Assembly: GCA_963666115.2 (NCBI GenBank) | Contig: CAXXET010000008.1 | Coordinates: forward strand, 32,001-96,000 | Length of the DNA stretch: 64,000 nucleotides | From: Dehalococcoidia bacterium | GTDB taxonomy: Bacteria > Chloroflexota > Dehalococcoidia > UBA6926 | Direction of reading: 5' to 3' | Shown here: one piece after another, positions 19,453-28,210 of the stretch | Position numbering within the stretch: position 1 is the stretch's first letter | Layout of the letters: each line of letters begins with the position of its first letter | Position numbers and translations under genes: made by a program | The notes under the pieces: generated by a model | Told to the model about the DNA's origin: nothing | The model's database searches: none | The model's input: the letters and a program-made list of their open reading frames with translations, nothing else

Positions 19453-20220
19453 CTACGCCGTCACCCGCCTATACATGATCGTCGTCGCAGTCAGCGCAAC
19501 AATCGTCATCACGATCAGTATCGAAACCCCCGGCAGGATGTGCTCCCACTCCCAGCCCGTCACGACGACTGCGCGTATCGCCTCCAGCACGTAGTTCACG
19601 GGGTTGAGCGAGACCGCGATTTGGAACCAGCCCGCCATGAGTTCCTTTGGCATGAACGCGGTCGTCACGAAGACCGCCGGGATGAAGAAGATGAACATGG
19701 ATTGCGTGACCTGAACGCTCCGTGTCTTGATCGCGATTATCAGGCCCAAACACGACCACGCCACGCCGAATAGCGTCCCAAGTATCAGTATCGCAAGCAG
19801 GCCGAGCCACCCCGATTCCGACGACGCGCCCATGAGCAAGCCCGTGATGACGATTGTGATCCCCTGGATGAAGCCCCGCGTCGCCGACACGAGCAGAACG
19901 CCCAGCAGGATGGAGATGCGGTAGATCGGCGCGAGCAGCAGCTTGTTGAGGTAGCCGGACAGATCGTCAGTCAGCAGGTTGAAGCCGGCGTCGATCCCGC
20001 TGAAGATCATGGCCTGCACGATGATCATCGGCATCAGGTACGTGACGTAGCTGTCGGTAGGAAACCCCGGCAGCATGGAGACGTTGTCGAACGCCGCCAC
20101 GAAGACGACCATGAAGAGGATGTTGATGGAGACGGCGGGCAGTATCTGGCCCGGCTGCGTAACCCACGCGCGGAAATTGCGCAGGTAGATATACCAGGTC
20201 TGGAGCGTAAGGCTGATCAC
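19453..20220 (-). CDS. ABC-2 type transporter permease
   Basis: Six TM; GYLNKLLLAP, NPVNYVLEAIR. Confidence 0.88.
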   Translation of the reverse strand: MISLTLQTWYIYLRNFRAWVTQPGQILPAVSINILFMVVFVAAFDNVSMLPGFPTDSYVTYLMPMIIVQAMIFSGIDAGFNLLTDDLSGYLNKLLLAPIYRISILLGVLLVSATRGFIQGITIVITGLLMGASSESGWLGLLAILILGTLFGVAWSCLGLIIAIKTRSVQVTQSMFIFFIPAVFVTTAFMPKELMAGWFQIAVSLNPVNYVLEAIRAVVVTGWEWEHILPGVSILIVMTIVALTATTIMYRRVTA

Positions 20221-20226
20221 GTTCGT

Positions 20227-21273
20227 CTAGCCCCCGTCGCTCAGCCCCAGCCAGGGCCGGAACGCGTTGTTCATCTCGTCCCCGCCCGTTTCCTCATCGC
20301 GGATGGTGCGTCCGGTGTGCTGCAGGAAAACGTCGTCGAGCGTCGGGCTTGCCACGGACAGGTTGGCGACGGGCACATTGTTGTTGGCGAGCAGCTGCAT
20401 CAGCCCCGGCACAGCCGCGCCGCCGTTCTGCACGGTCACGGCGATTCCGTCCTGCACGCGGGCCGTTGCGGACACGTAGTCTTGCTGGTCAATCAGTTCC
20501 TGCGCCTTCGCGATGAGCGGCTCGCGCTCTTCCACCGTCTCCGGCCCCGTGATGATGATCGTGACGACGTCGCCGCCCACCTGCTCCTTGAGTTCGCGCG
20601 GCGACCCCTCCGCGACGATCTTGCCGCGGTCGATGATCGCCAGCCGCTCGCACAGCCGGTCAGCCTCGTCCATCATCTGCGTCGTCAGGATGATAGTGAC
20701 GCCTTCCTCCGTGTTGAGGTGGCGCAGGTGATCCCACAGCGTGTTGCGGCTCTGCGGATCGAGGCCGGTCGTCGGCTCATCCAGGAAGAGAACCTTCGGC
20801 TCATGGACAAGGGTCGCGACCAAATCCAGCCGCCGCCTCATCCCGCCGGAGAACGTGCCGATCTTCTTCTGGGCGACGTTTGCCAGCCCGATGAACTCCA
20901 ACAACTCCTTGGAGCGCGCCCGCGCATCCGAGCTGCGCAGGCCGTACAGGCGGCCCTGCAAGGTCAGAAAATCATGCGCTTTCGCCAGGTCGTCCAGGCC
21001 GGCGGTCTGCATGGCGACGCCGACGCTGCGCCGGATTTGCTCCGCCTGCCGATCCACGTCATAGCCCGCGACGCTGACACGCCCGGACGTCTTCTTGAGC
21101 AAGGTCGAAAGAATCTTGAGCGCGGTGCTCTTGCCCGCGCCGTTAGGCCCAAGAAAGCCGAAGAACTCGCCCTCATGCACCGAGAAATCAATCCCGTCAA
21201 CCGCGCGCGTCCCGCCCGGATAGACCATGACAAGGTCCTTAACATCGATGACGGCCTTCCGGCTGTTGGACAC
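20227..21273 (-). CDS. ABC transporter ATP-binding protein (DrrA-like)
   Basis: GPNGAGKS, FSGGMRRR, LFLDEPTTGLDP. Confidence 0.92.
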   Translation of the reverse strand: MSNSRKAVIDVKDLVMVYPGGTRAVDGIDFSVHEGEFFGFLGPNGAGKSTALKILSTLLKKTSGRVSVAGYDVDRQAEQIRRSVGVAMQTAGLDDLAKAHDFLTLQGRLYGLRSSDARARSKELLEFIGLANVAQKKIGTFSGGMRRRLDLVATLVHEPKVLFLDEPTTGLDPQSRNTLWDHLRHLNTEEGVTIILTTQMMDEADRLCERLAIIDRGKIVAEGSPRELKEQVGGDVVTIIITGPETVEEREPLIAKAQELIDQQDYVSATARVQDGIAVTVQNGGAAVPGLMQLLANNNVPVANLSVASPTLDDVFLQHTGRTIRDEETGGDEMNNAFRPWLGLSDGG

Positions 21274-21407
21274 CCCACCTCCCGCGCCACCCGCAGCGGC
21301 AACTCACACATGGTACGGGTGGAGGGGGCGGTGGGGAAGGGGGCAGTTGCAGGACGTACAATTGTTCGCTATCCTGATTGAATCAAGGGGCGCGGGGAGA
21401 CAGCACA

Positions 21408-22706
21408 TTGACGACATTGCACGGGCAGTACGGGGAGATTAGGGACGCCGTCCACGGCTTTGTTCGCCTCGAGCGGGATGAGCGGACCTTGCTCGATTCT
21501 CCCTTTCTCCAGCGTCTACGCGATGTCCATCAGCTTGCCCTGTCGTACCTCGTTTATCCCGGTGCGACCCACAAGCGATTCGAACATAGCCTAGGCGTCA
21601 TGGAGCTTGCGGGGCGGGCATATGACGTGATAACGGACAGGCGGCGGCAGGGAAACCCCAGCATCCTCGAGCGCTATGGACTGGACGATGACGGGTTTAG
21701 GCTCTATTGGCGCAAGGTCGTCAGAATGGCAGGACTTTGCCATGACATTGGTCACCTGCCGTTTTCCCATGCGGCCGAGGATACAGTCTTGCCGCCCGGC
21801 ACCTCACACGAGAACATCACAGCGGCACTTATCCTGAGCGAGGAAATGTCGCCGTTCTGGGAGGGTATGACTCCCCCCTTGCGGCCCCTTGACGTGGCCA
21901 AGGTCGCTGTGGGCAAGAAATTCCTGCCTGATGAAGACTTCAGGCCCCTAGAGCGCATTCTGCATGACATCATCGGCCATGACGGGCTCGGCGCGGATCG
22001 GATGGATTACCTGCTTCGCGACTCGCGCCACGCGGGAGTCGCGTATGGGGTGTTCGATCATTTGCGGCTTCTCGATACGATGCGGATTCTGGCCGGCACT
22101 GCCCCTGACGCGCCTGCGGACGAATTGGGGATTGAGTATGGCGGGCTATACGCGGCGGAAAGTCTCTTCCTTGCGCGGTACTTCATGTTCATGCAGGTGT
22201 ACTACCACCCAGTGCGCAGGGCGTATGACCTCCATCTACAGGACTTTATGGGGTCATGGCTTGGCGAGCTTGAGTGGCCTGTCAAATGGGAAGTGCTGCG
22301 CAGCTTGACGGACAGCGAGGCCCTGCTGGCAATGAGAGAGGCGGAGGGTGTCAAGGATTCTCTCGGCCAGGACCCGGCCCGGCGTATTCTCCACCGCGAT
22401 CACTTCAGGCGCATCGTGACCGTGACGCCCGCCCAAGGGGAGCAGGGTGAAGACAAGTTTGAGAGCGCCAGGCAGGCCCTGGAGGATAGGCTGGAGCCCG
22501 GCGACGTGAAGATTCACCCCGGCTCCCGGCGGGACAGGCCAGTAATCGAGTTTCCGGTGAAGATGGAGGATGGCTCCAGCGAGTCGCCTGCCAACCTCTC
22601 TGAGACGTATAGCCGGCTCCCCATAGCCGATGTCCGTTACATCTTCGTCGACCGACACTACGTCGATGCGGCCTGGCAAATCTTGCGCGACATTGGCGTG
22701 AGCTAG
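21408..22706 (+). CDS. HD-domain phosphohydrolase, dNTP triphosphohydrolase/YwfO-like
   Basis: RDAVHG, QRLR..HQL...VYPGATHKRFEHSLG, LCHDIGH.PFSH, DRMDYLLRD. Confidence 0.88.
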   Translation: MTTLHGQYGEIRDAVHGFVRLERDERTLLDSPFLQRLRDVHQLALSYLVYPGATHKRFEHSLGVMELAGRAYDVITDRRRQGNPSILERYGLDDDGFRLYWRKVVRMAGLCHDIGHLPFSHAAEDTVLPPGTSHENITAALILSEEMSPFWEGMTPPLRPLDVAKVAVGKKFLPDEDFRPLERILHDIIGHDGLGADRMDYLLRDSRHAGVAYGVFDHLRLLDTMRILAGTAPDAPADELGIEYGGLYAAESLFLARYFMFMQVYYHPVRRAYDLHLQDFMGSWLGELEWPVKWEVLRSLTDSEALLAMREAEGVKDSLGQDPARRILHRDHFRRIVTVTPAQGEQGEDKFESARQALEDRLEPGDVKIHPGSRRDRPVIEFPVKMEDGSSESPANLSETYSRLPIADVRYIFVDRHYVDAAWQILRDIGVS

Positions 22707-22747
22707 AAATGGTGACACACTGAGGCACGTGAGGGGGGGCATAAGAA

Positions 22748-23317
22748 ATGGATGCTGCTGCTGTTGGATCGATCACTGATCGGGAGCGCGACGGCATTGT
22801 CCTGCGGCTGGTCGGCCAGATGGGCGAGTCTGGAAGTTGGGGGGGCGAGACGCATATTCAGAAGTCCGTCTTTTTCCTACAGAGCTTGCTGGGCATCTCG
22901 CTGGGATATCGCTTCGTGCTGCATCTCCACGGCCCCTATTCCTTCGAGTTGCGTGACGACCTCACTCGCTTGCGGGCGCGGAACAAGCTCGCTCTAAAGC
23001 TCAACCCCGGCTACGGTCCGTCATTGCGGCTCGATAGGGACATCGATGTTGCCGGTCTGCCAGGTGAGGAATCCAAGAATACAATCGGTTTCGTGGCGGA
23101 GTACATTTCTACGCGGACTGTGAGGGACCTTGAGCGCGTGGCCACTGCATATTTCCTTCTCCACGTAAAGGAGACTCCCGTCCCGGATACGAGTCTCCCC
23201 GAAGAGTTGCGCCGCCTCAAGCCGCACATCACGGAGGAGGAGTCCGCGTTGGCGCTTGACGAAGTACAGAAGCTCGTGGACGGAGCCAAAGAAGCGGCCT
23301 CCACCCCACGAAGCTAA
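22748..23317 (+). CDS. YwgA-like protein
   Basis: GETHIQKSVFFLQ, YRFVLHLHGPYSFEL; follows the HD gene as in ywfO-ywgA. Confidence 0.65.
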   Translation: MDAAAVGSITDRERDGIVLRLVGQMGESGSWGGETHIQKSVFFLQSLLGISLGYRFVLHLHGPYSFELRDDLTRLRARNKLALKLNPGYGPSLRLDRDIDVAGLPGEESKNTIGFVAEYISTRTVRDLERVATAYFLLHVKETPVPDTSLPEELRRLKPHITEEESALALDEVQKLVDGAKEAASTPRS

Positions 23318-23404
23318 CGCGCTCAGCGGCTACCGGACGGCCCTCCCTTTTCTCCCCCTCATCCTTGCCCGCCCCTTGCCCCCGCCCCTATACTGCTATC
23401 TGTT

Positions 23405-23542
23405 ATGCCCAAGCGAACCTATCAACCCAAGGTGCGCCGCCGCAAGCGCGTCCACGGCTTCCGACACCGCATGAGAGACCCCGGCGGCAGAAATGTTGTT
23501 GCGCGTCGACGCGCCAAGGGGCGTCATCGTCTCAGCGTCTAA
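23405..23542 (+). CDS. rpmH: 50S ribosomal protein L34
   Basis: Manual translation [23 protein letters not shown]...[12 protein letters not shown]; absent from ORF track. Confidence 0.97.
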   Translation: MPKRTYQPKVRRRKRVHGFRHRMRDPGGRNVVARRRAKGRHRLSV

Positions 23543-23552
23543 CTGTGTCGCC

Positions 23553-23891
23553 ATGCCCCGGACGACGGACCACCGGCTGCGGCGGAGTTCCGATTTTGAC
23601 CGCGTTTCCCACGTCGGCGAGGGCCGCGCCAACGATCTCGTCGTCCTCCGCTACGCGCCGAATGACGTCGAGGCCATGCGCGCCGGGTACGCGGTCAGCA
23701 AGCGCGTGGGCGGCGCAGTCACGCGCAACGCGGTCAAGCGGCGGCTCCGGGAGGCGGTTCGCAAGCTCGGCCCGCGCGAATCAGGAGTCGACCTCGTGTT
23801 CATCGCCAGACCAAAGATCGTCCAGGCGGACTACCACGGCATCGAAGATGCGGTCGCCGATGTCCTCAAACGCGCCGGTCTGCAGGATTGA
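23553..23891 (+). CDS. rnpA: Ribonuclease P protein component
   Basis: RLRRSSDF, VSKRVGGAVTRNAVKRRLRE; follows rpmH. Confidence 0.95.
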   Translation: MPRTTDHRLRRSSDFDRVSHVGEGRANDLVVLRYAPNDVEAMRAGYAVSKRVGGAVTRNAVKRRLREAVRKLGPRESGVDLVFIARPKIVQADYHGIEDAVADVLKRAGLQD

Positions 23892-23900
23892 GTCAAGAAG

Positions 23901-24110
23901 ATGAAATACCTGGCCCTGGGATTCCTGCGACTGTACAAGTTCGTCCTCTCTCCTCTTTTGCCCGCCGCCTGCCGCTATCAGCCCACGTGCTCCGACTACG
24001 CGCGTGAGGCAGTCGAACGGCACGGCGCGCTGCGCGGCACGATCCTGGCGGCGCGGCGGCTGGCGCGGTGCCATCCGCTCCGGGAAGGGGGGTACGACCC
24101 TGTTCCGTAA
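23901..24110 (+). CDS. yidD: Membrane protein insertion efficiency factor
   Basis: [11 protein letters not shown]...RLARCHP..GGYDPVP. Confidence 0.95.
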   Translation: MKYLALGFLRLYKFVLSPLLPAACRYQPTCSDYAREAVERHGALRGTILAARRLARCHPLREGGYDPVP

Positions 24111-25224
24111 GCCTTTGTTCCTGCTCATTGCCGTGCTGGCGATGCTCGCGGCGTTTGGCTGCACGCCGGGCGGCCTGTACGACGCGAAGCCGTGGGCCGC
24201 GCCCGTTCTTCTCGGCGATGAGACAGTCGTCATCGGAACGGACACCGGACACGTCGTCGTCGGCAACATCATCACGGGACAGGAGCTGGGACGCTGCGAG
24301 ACGGGCGAGGGACGCAACAGCGTCCGCGCCGTCTTTGGAGCGCCCCTGCTGCATGACGGGCGCATCTATGCGGGGGGCTTCGACGGCATTGTGTACGCCA
24401 TAGACCCCAATTCCCTGCTGCCTGAATCCGACGCGGAGTGCATCCCGTTCTTTGAAGCCGACTCCCCGATCGTCGGCGGGCCGACGCTGACGCCGGAAGG
24501 GGTGCTCTTCGTCGGCACGGAGGGCACGGCGGAGACGCGGCGCGGGAAGCTCTACGCAATCGACATCGAAACTGCGGCCCCGCTGTGGACATTTGAAGCC
24601 GATTCCGGGATTTGGGGCACTCCCGTGATCAGCGATGGGCTGGTGTACGTTGGCACGCTGGGCGGCACGCTGCACGCGGTTCACATGGACGGCAGCCCCG
24701 GCGTCGAGGCGTGGCGGCACCAGGCCGACGCCGGCATTGGCGGCATGACGTTGCACGATGATGTCCTGTACGTGGGCGCGCTCGACAACAACCTCTACGC
24801 GCTGGACGCCGCGACGGGCGCGCCGCACTGGCCCGCGCCGTTCACCGCGAACAACTGGTTCTGGGCCGCTCCGCTTGTCATCGGCGACCGCCTCTTCGCG
24901 CCGTCCCTCGATCACTCACTGTACATCCTGGATAAGGACACGGGCGCGCAGGTGATGGACCCGGTGATGACGGGCGGGGCAATACAGAGCAACCCGGCCC
25001 TGACGGGCAGCCACATCAGCATTGCCAACGAAGAGAAAGAGACCTGGTGGATTGATCCCGTGACCGGCCAGGGCATCGTGGGCGGCAAACTGCCCGATCC
25101 CGTATACGCGCCCATCGTGCCGTTCGGAGAGAGCGATGCGCTGTTCTTTGCCCAGGACGGCGCAATCTACCGCGCGTCGCCCTCATTGAGGCAGCCCGTC
25201 CGCGTATTCCCGGTGGAGAGCTAG
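24100..25224 (+). CDS. PQQ-like/BamB-like beta-propeller lipoprotein (start uncertain)
   Basis: Lipobox-like AFGC; repeated P...G..YVG..G.LYA.D..TG...W blades. Confidence 0.8.
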   Translation: MFRKPLFLLIAVLAMLAAFGCTPGGLYDAKPWAAPVLLGDETVVIGTDTGHVVVGNIITGQELGRCETGEGRNSVRAVFGAPLLHDGRIYAGGFDGIVYAIDPNSLLPESDAECIPFFEADSPIVGGPTLTPEGVLFVGTEGTAETRRGKLYAIDIETAAPLWTFEADSGIWGTPVISDGLVYVGTLGGTLHAVHMDGSPGVEAWRHQADAGIGGMTLHDDVLYVGALDNNLYALDAATGAPHWPAPFTANNWFWAAPLVIGDRLFAPSLDHSLYILDKDTGAQVMDPVMTGGAIQSNPALTGSHISIANEEKETWWIDPVTGQGIVGGKLPDPVYAPIVPFGESDALFFAQDGAIYRASPSLRQPVRVFPVES

Positions 25225-25233
25225 GCAGCGGCC

Positions 25234-26148
25234 ATGTTGGAAGTACTCGGCGACATATTCATCTTCCTGCTCCTGCAGCCGATGCTGAACGGGCTGGTGA
25301 TGCTGTACAGCCTGCTCTTTGACAGCATGGCGCTGGCCATCATCGCCCTCACGGTTGTCGTCCGCGTCGCGTTCTACCCCCTGACTCTCAAGCAGCTGCA
25401 ATCCTCCGCCAAGATGCAGGCGCTCCAGCCGCAGATGCAGGAGATCCGCAACCGCTACAAGAACAACCCCCAGCTCCAGCAGCGCGAGACGATGAAGATG
25501 TATCGAGAGGCTGGTGTCAGTCCGCTCGGCTGCCTGGGGCCGATGGTCGTCCAGTTCCCCATCTGGATCGGGTTGTACTGGGCAATCATCAAGGGCCTCG
25601 GCAACCTGCCCGGCAGCTTCGTCTATCTCTCCCAGCGGCTCTACTCGTGGCTGCCCGTCGGCGGCGAAGTGCTTCCGTTGAACACGGAAATGCCATGGAT
25701 CCTCGGCACGCTGGACCTCTCCGCGCCTGACCCCACGCCGCTGATGCCGCTTCTTGTCGCGGCCTCCACCTGGGCGCAGCAGCGCATCATGCAGCCGCCC
25801 GCCATGACCGACCAGCAGAGGCAGCAGCAGCAGATCATGCTGTTCCTGTTCCCCATCATGCTGGGCTTCCTCGCCTTTACATTCCCGTCGGGCTTAGCCC
25901 TATACTGGTTCGTCTCTAACTTCATAACCATCGGTATGCAGGGGTTCATCTCCGGGTGGGGGAACCTGATTCCCGGCCGCCAACGCGCCGCTGCAAATGT
26001 CATTGCCCCTCAAAATCAACAGGTGGAGACAAGGACAGATCATGAGTCAGAGTCTGGAATGGACGGGGAGGACGGTCGAGGAAGCGATTCGGGAAGGACT
26101 CGACGAGCTCGGTCTCGAACGCGAAGACGTCGACGTCGACGTCCTTAG
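25234..26148 (+). CDS. yidC: Membrane protein insertase YidC (short form)
   Basis: KMQALQPQMQEIR, GCLGPMVVQFPIW, GLALYWFVSN. Confidence 0.93.
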   Translation: MLEVLGDIFIFLLLQPMLNGLVMLYSLLFDSMALAIIALTVVVRVAFYPLTLKQLQSSAKMQALQPQMQEIRNRYKNNPQLQQRETMKMYREAGVSPLGCLGPMVVQFPIWIGLYWAIIKGLGNLPGSFVYLSQRLYSWLPVGGEVLPLNTEMPWILGTLDLSAPDPTPLMPLLVAASTWAQQRIMQPPAMTDQQRQQQQIMLFLFPIMLGFLAFTFPSGLALYWFVSNFITIGMQGFISGWGNLIPGRQRAAANVIAPQNQQVETRTDHESESGMDGEDGRGSDSGRTRRARSRTRRRRRRRP

Positions 26149-26974
26149 CGAGGGACGCTCCGGCTTGCTGGGACTCCGGTCATCGGAGGAGGCGCGTGTC
26201 CGCCTGCGCGTCCGGCAGGAGGGCGATGAGGACGAGTACGCATCCTTCGCATCCCTCTCCGCGGATGCGGAGACCGCGCAGGAGGTTCTCGCCGAAATGC
26301 TCCGGCACATGGACGTTGACGCCGACATTTCCGTCTACGTTCCCGGCAGCGACCCCACCCGCCCCTTTGAACCCGGAGACCCCATCGTCCTCGACGTTGA
26401 GAGAGAGGACGCCGGCCTGCTGATCGGAAGGCGCGGCCAGACCCTCCGCCACGTGCAGATGCTCCTCAACACCATCGTCTCCCGGTCCGTCGGGCATTAC
26501 GTCCCTCTGCGCATTGACGTGGAGGGCTACCAGCAGCGCCACATCTACCGCCTCCAGCAGATCGCCCTCCGCGCCGCGGACCACGTGAACCGGCGAAGGC
26601 GTCCCATCACCCTCGACCCCATGTCGCCCGCCGACCGCCGCATCATCCACATGACACTCGCAAACAACCCGTCTGTCGTCACGGGCAGCACGGGCCACGG
26701 CGAGAACCGGCGCGTCACCATCCAGCAGGCCCCGCGCGGCGGCGGCGACCAACAAGCCGGCCGTCCAGCCGCCCAGGCGCCCCCACCGCCCGCGCCCCTG
26801 GCGGACGAGGATGACTACGAGGACGACGACTACATCGACGACGATGAAGATTATGACGATGAGTATGACGACGAAGACTACGACGATGATGATGAAGAGT
26901 ACGAGGATGACGAGGACTATGACGATGAGTACGACGACGAGGAGCAGGACGAGGACCCTCCCCCGCCGCGCTGA
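26042..26974 (+). CDS. jag: Jag/EloR/KhpB RNA-binding protein with acidic tail
   Basis: GRTVEEAI (Jag_N), LIGRRGQTL (KH), RRIIHMTL (R3H). Confidence 0.92.
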   Translation: MSQSLEWTGRTVEEAIREGLDELGLEREDVDVDVLSEGRSGLLGLRSSEEARVRLRVRQEGDEDEYASFASLSADAETAQEVLAEMLRHMDVDADISVYVPGSDPTRPFEPGDPIVLDVEREDAGLLIGRRGQTLRHVQMLLNTIVSRSVGHYVPLRIDVEGYQQRHIYRLQQIALRAADHVNRRRRPITLDPMSPADRRIIHMTLANNPSVVTGSTGHGENRRVTIQQAPRGGGDQQAGRPAAQAPPPPAPLADEDDYEDDDYIDDDEDYDDEYDDEDYDDDDEEYEDDEDYDDEYDDEEQDEDPPPPR

Positions 26975-26991
26975 GCTCGCCCGCCATCCCC

Positions 26992-27693
26992 ATGACCACC
27001 GCCGCCCCTGATTTCGTGGCCATTGGCGGGCCAAAATCTCCCGCTGCCTTTGGCGCTCTCACCGCCCTGCGGCTCGGCCGCTCCGCCGGGTTATTGACAG
27101 GCGACACGCTGCCCGCCGGCGAACGCGAAACCCTTGTGTCATCCGGCGCGCCCGTCGCGTTCGGCCCCGCGCCCCTGCGGGCGGAGCATATTCCCTGGGC
27201 GTGGCTGGACGCGGAAATTGTGCTCGCCGCGCCGATGGCGGATGAGATCGACCACACGATGCTTGGCAGATTCAGCCGCTCGCTCGTCGGCGTGATGGGC
27301 GCGGCGGCGCTGGGTCTCACGGGTGTCGGCGCCGTATTCGTTGCAGAGCAGGACGTGCCCGCCGGCCCGGTCGCCGCGCCCATCGCGTTGTCTCTCGGCC
27401 CCCGGAACGGCGCGCGGCTGTGGTGGCAGGGCGGTTGGCAGGACGTTCCAGCCGACGCGAGAACCCGGCGCGACGCTGATCCGCCAATCCTGGCGGCTGC
27501 GGCGGCGGCGTTTCTTACGCGCCTCACGGAAACACGCGACGCAACGGCAGCCGCCCGTTTCGCCGCCGCCGCAGCCGCCCTCCTCCCGCCCGCGCCCCGC
27601 TTCACGCTCGAAGACATCCCAACCCGTGAGGCTATCGCTGACGCGGAGGTCGTATCATATGGCGGAGGGACACAAGCGCCAGGGAGGCGGTAG
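26992..27693 (+). CDS. Degenerate PfkB/ribokinase-like protein
   Basis: Layout resembles PfkB (ALTALRLG; IVLAAPMADE; LSLGPRNGARL; AARFAAAAA); no GAGD. Confidence 0.5.
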   Translation: MTTAAPDFVAIGGPKSPAAFGALTALRLGRSAGLLTGDTLPAGERETLVSSGAPVAFGPAPLRAEHIPWAWLDAEIVLAAPMADEIDHTMLGRFSRSLVGVMGAAALGLTGVGAVFVAEQDVPAGPVAAPIALSLGPRNGARLWWQGGWQDVPADARTRRDADPPILAAAAAAFLTRLTETRDATAAARFAAAAAALLPPAPRFTLEDIPTREAIADAEVVSYGGGTQAPGRR

Positions 27694-27695
27694 AC

Positions 27696-27917
27696 GTGAG
27701 ACTGGGACTGACATTGCTCTTGGTGGGCGTCGTCATGATCGGCGGCTTTGCGGCCTACACCCTCGTGCGCTTCATCGTGCTAACGGACGAGGTGCCCATC
27801 ATCATGAGAATCGGCCTGCCCACAGTTGTCGTCGGCGCGCTTGTGCTCCTGGTCAAGGCGATATGGGACCGGCTGCGGCAGAGACGCAGCGCCGATGTCC
27901 ACCGATACCATGGTTGA
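27696..27917 (+). CDS. Small two-TM membrane protein
   Basis: Two hydrophobic helices; operonic spacing. Confidence 0.6.
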   Translation: MRLGLTLLLVGVVMIGGFAAYTLVRFIVLTDEVPIIMRIGLPTVVVGALVLLVKAIWDRLRQRRSADVHRYHG

Positions 27918-28149
27918 GACCATCTTCTGGCTGACCGCCATCCTGGCCTACGTGGCCGTGCAGATTGCCGTTCAGATTGCGGCAGCGCGCGACCTCGGCA
28001 AGCGCAAGCGCGTCCGCGGCGGCAACCGCTGGCTCTGGGTCGTCGTCATCCTGCTCCTCCTCCCCGGCGCGCTCGCCTACTTCGCCTTTGGCCGCCTCCC
28101 GGATGATGACCCTGCCGCCATGCCGCCGCAAAGCCCCGCAACGTGGTAG
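27910..28149 (+). CDS. PLDc_N-like small membrane protein
   Basis: DL.KR..VRGGNRWLWVVVILL..PGALAYFAFGR. Confidence 0.75.
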   Translation: MVETIFWLTAILAYVAVQIAVQIAAARDLGKRKRVRGGNRWLWVVVILLLLPGALAYFAFGRLPDDDPAAMPPQSPATW

Positions 28150-28210
28150 CGTAGTCAGACAATCACTGACACACGCATAGCCCAGACATCCACAGGTAGG
28201 TAGACCGCAC

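Noticed and set aside
26805-26955. Tandem GAC/GAT/GAG repeats as a CRISPR or satellite
   Set aside because: In-frame low-complexity acidic tail of Jag; no repeat-spacer structure.
28150-28210. T-box leader for ileS
   Set aside because: Intergenic space is about 60 bp and lacks the T-box consensus.
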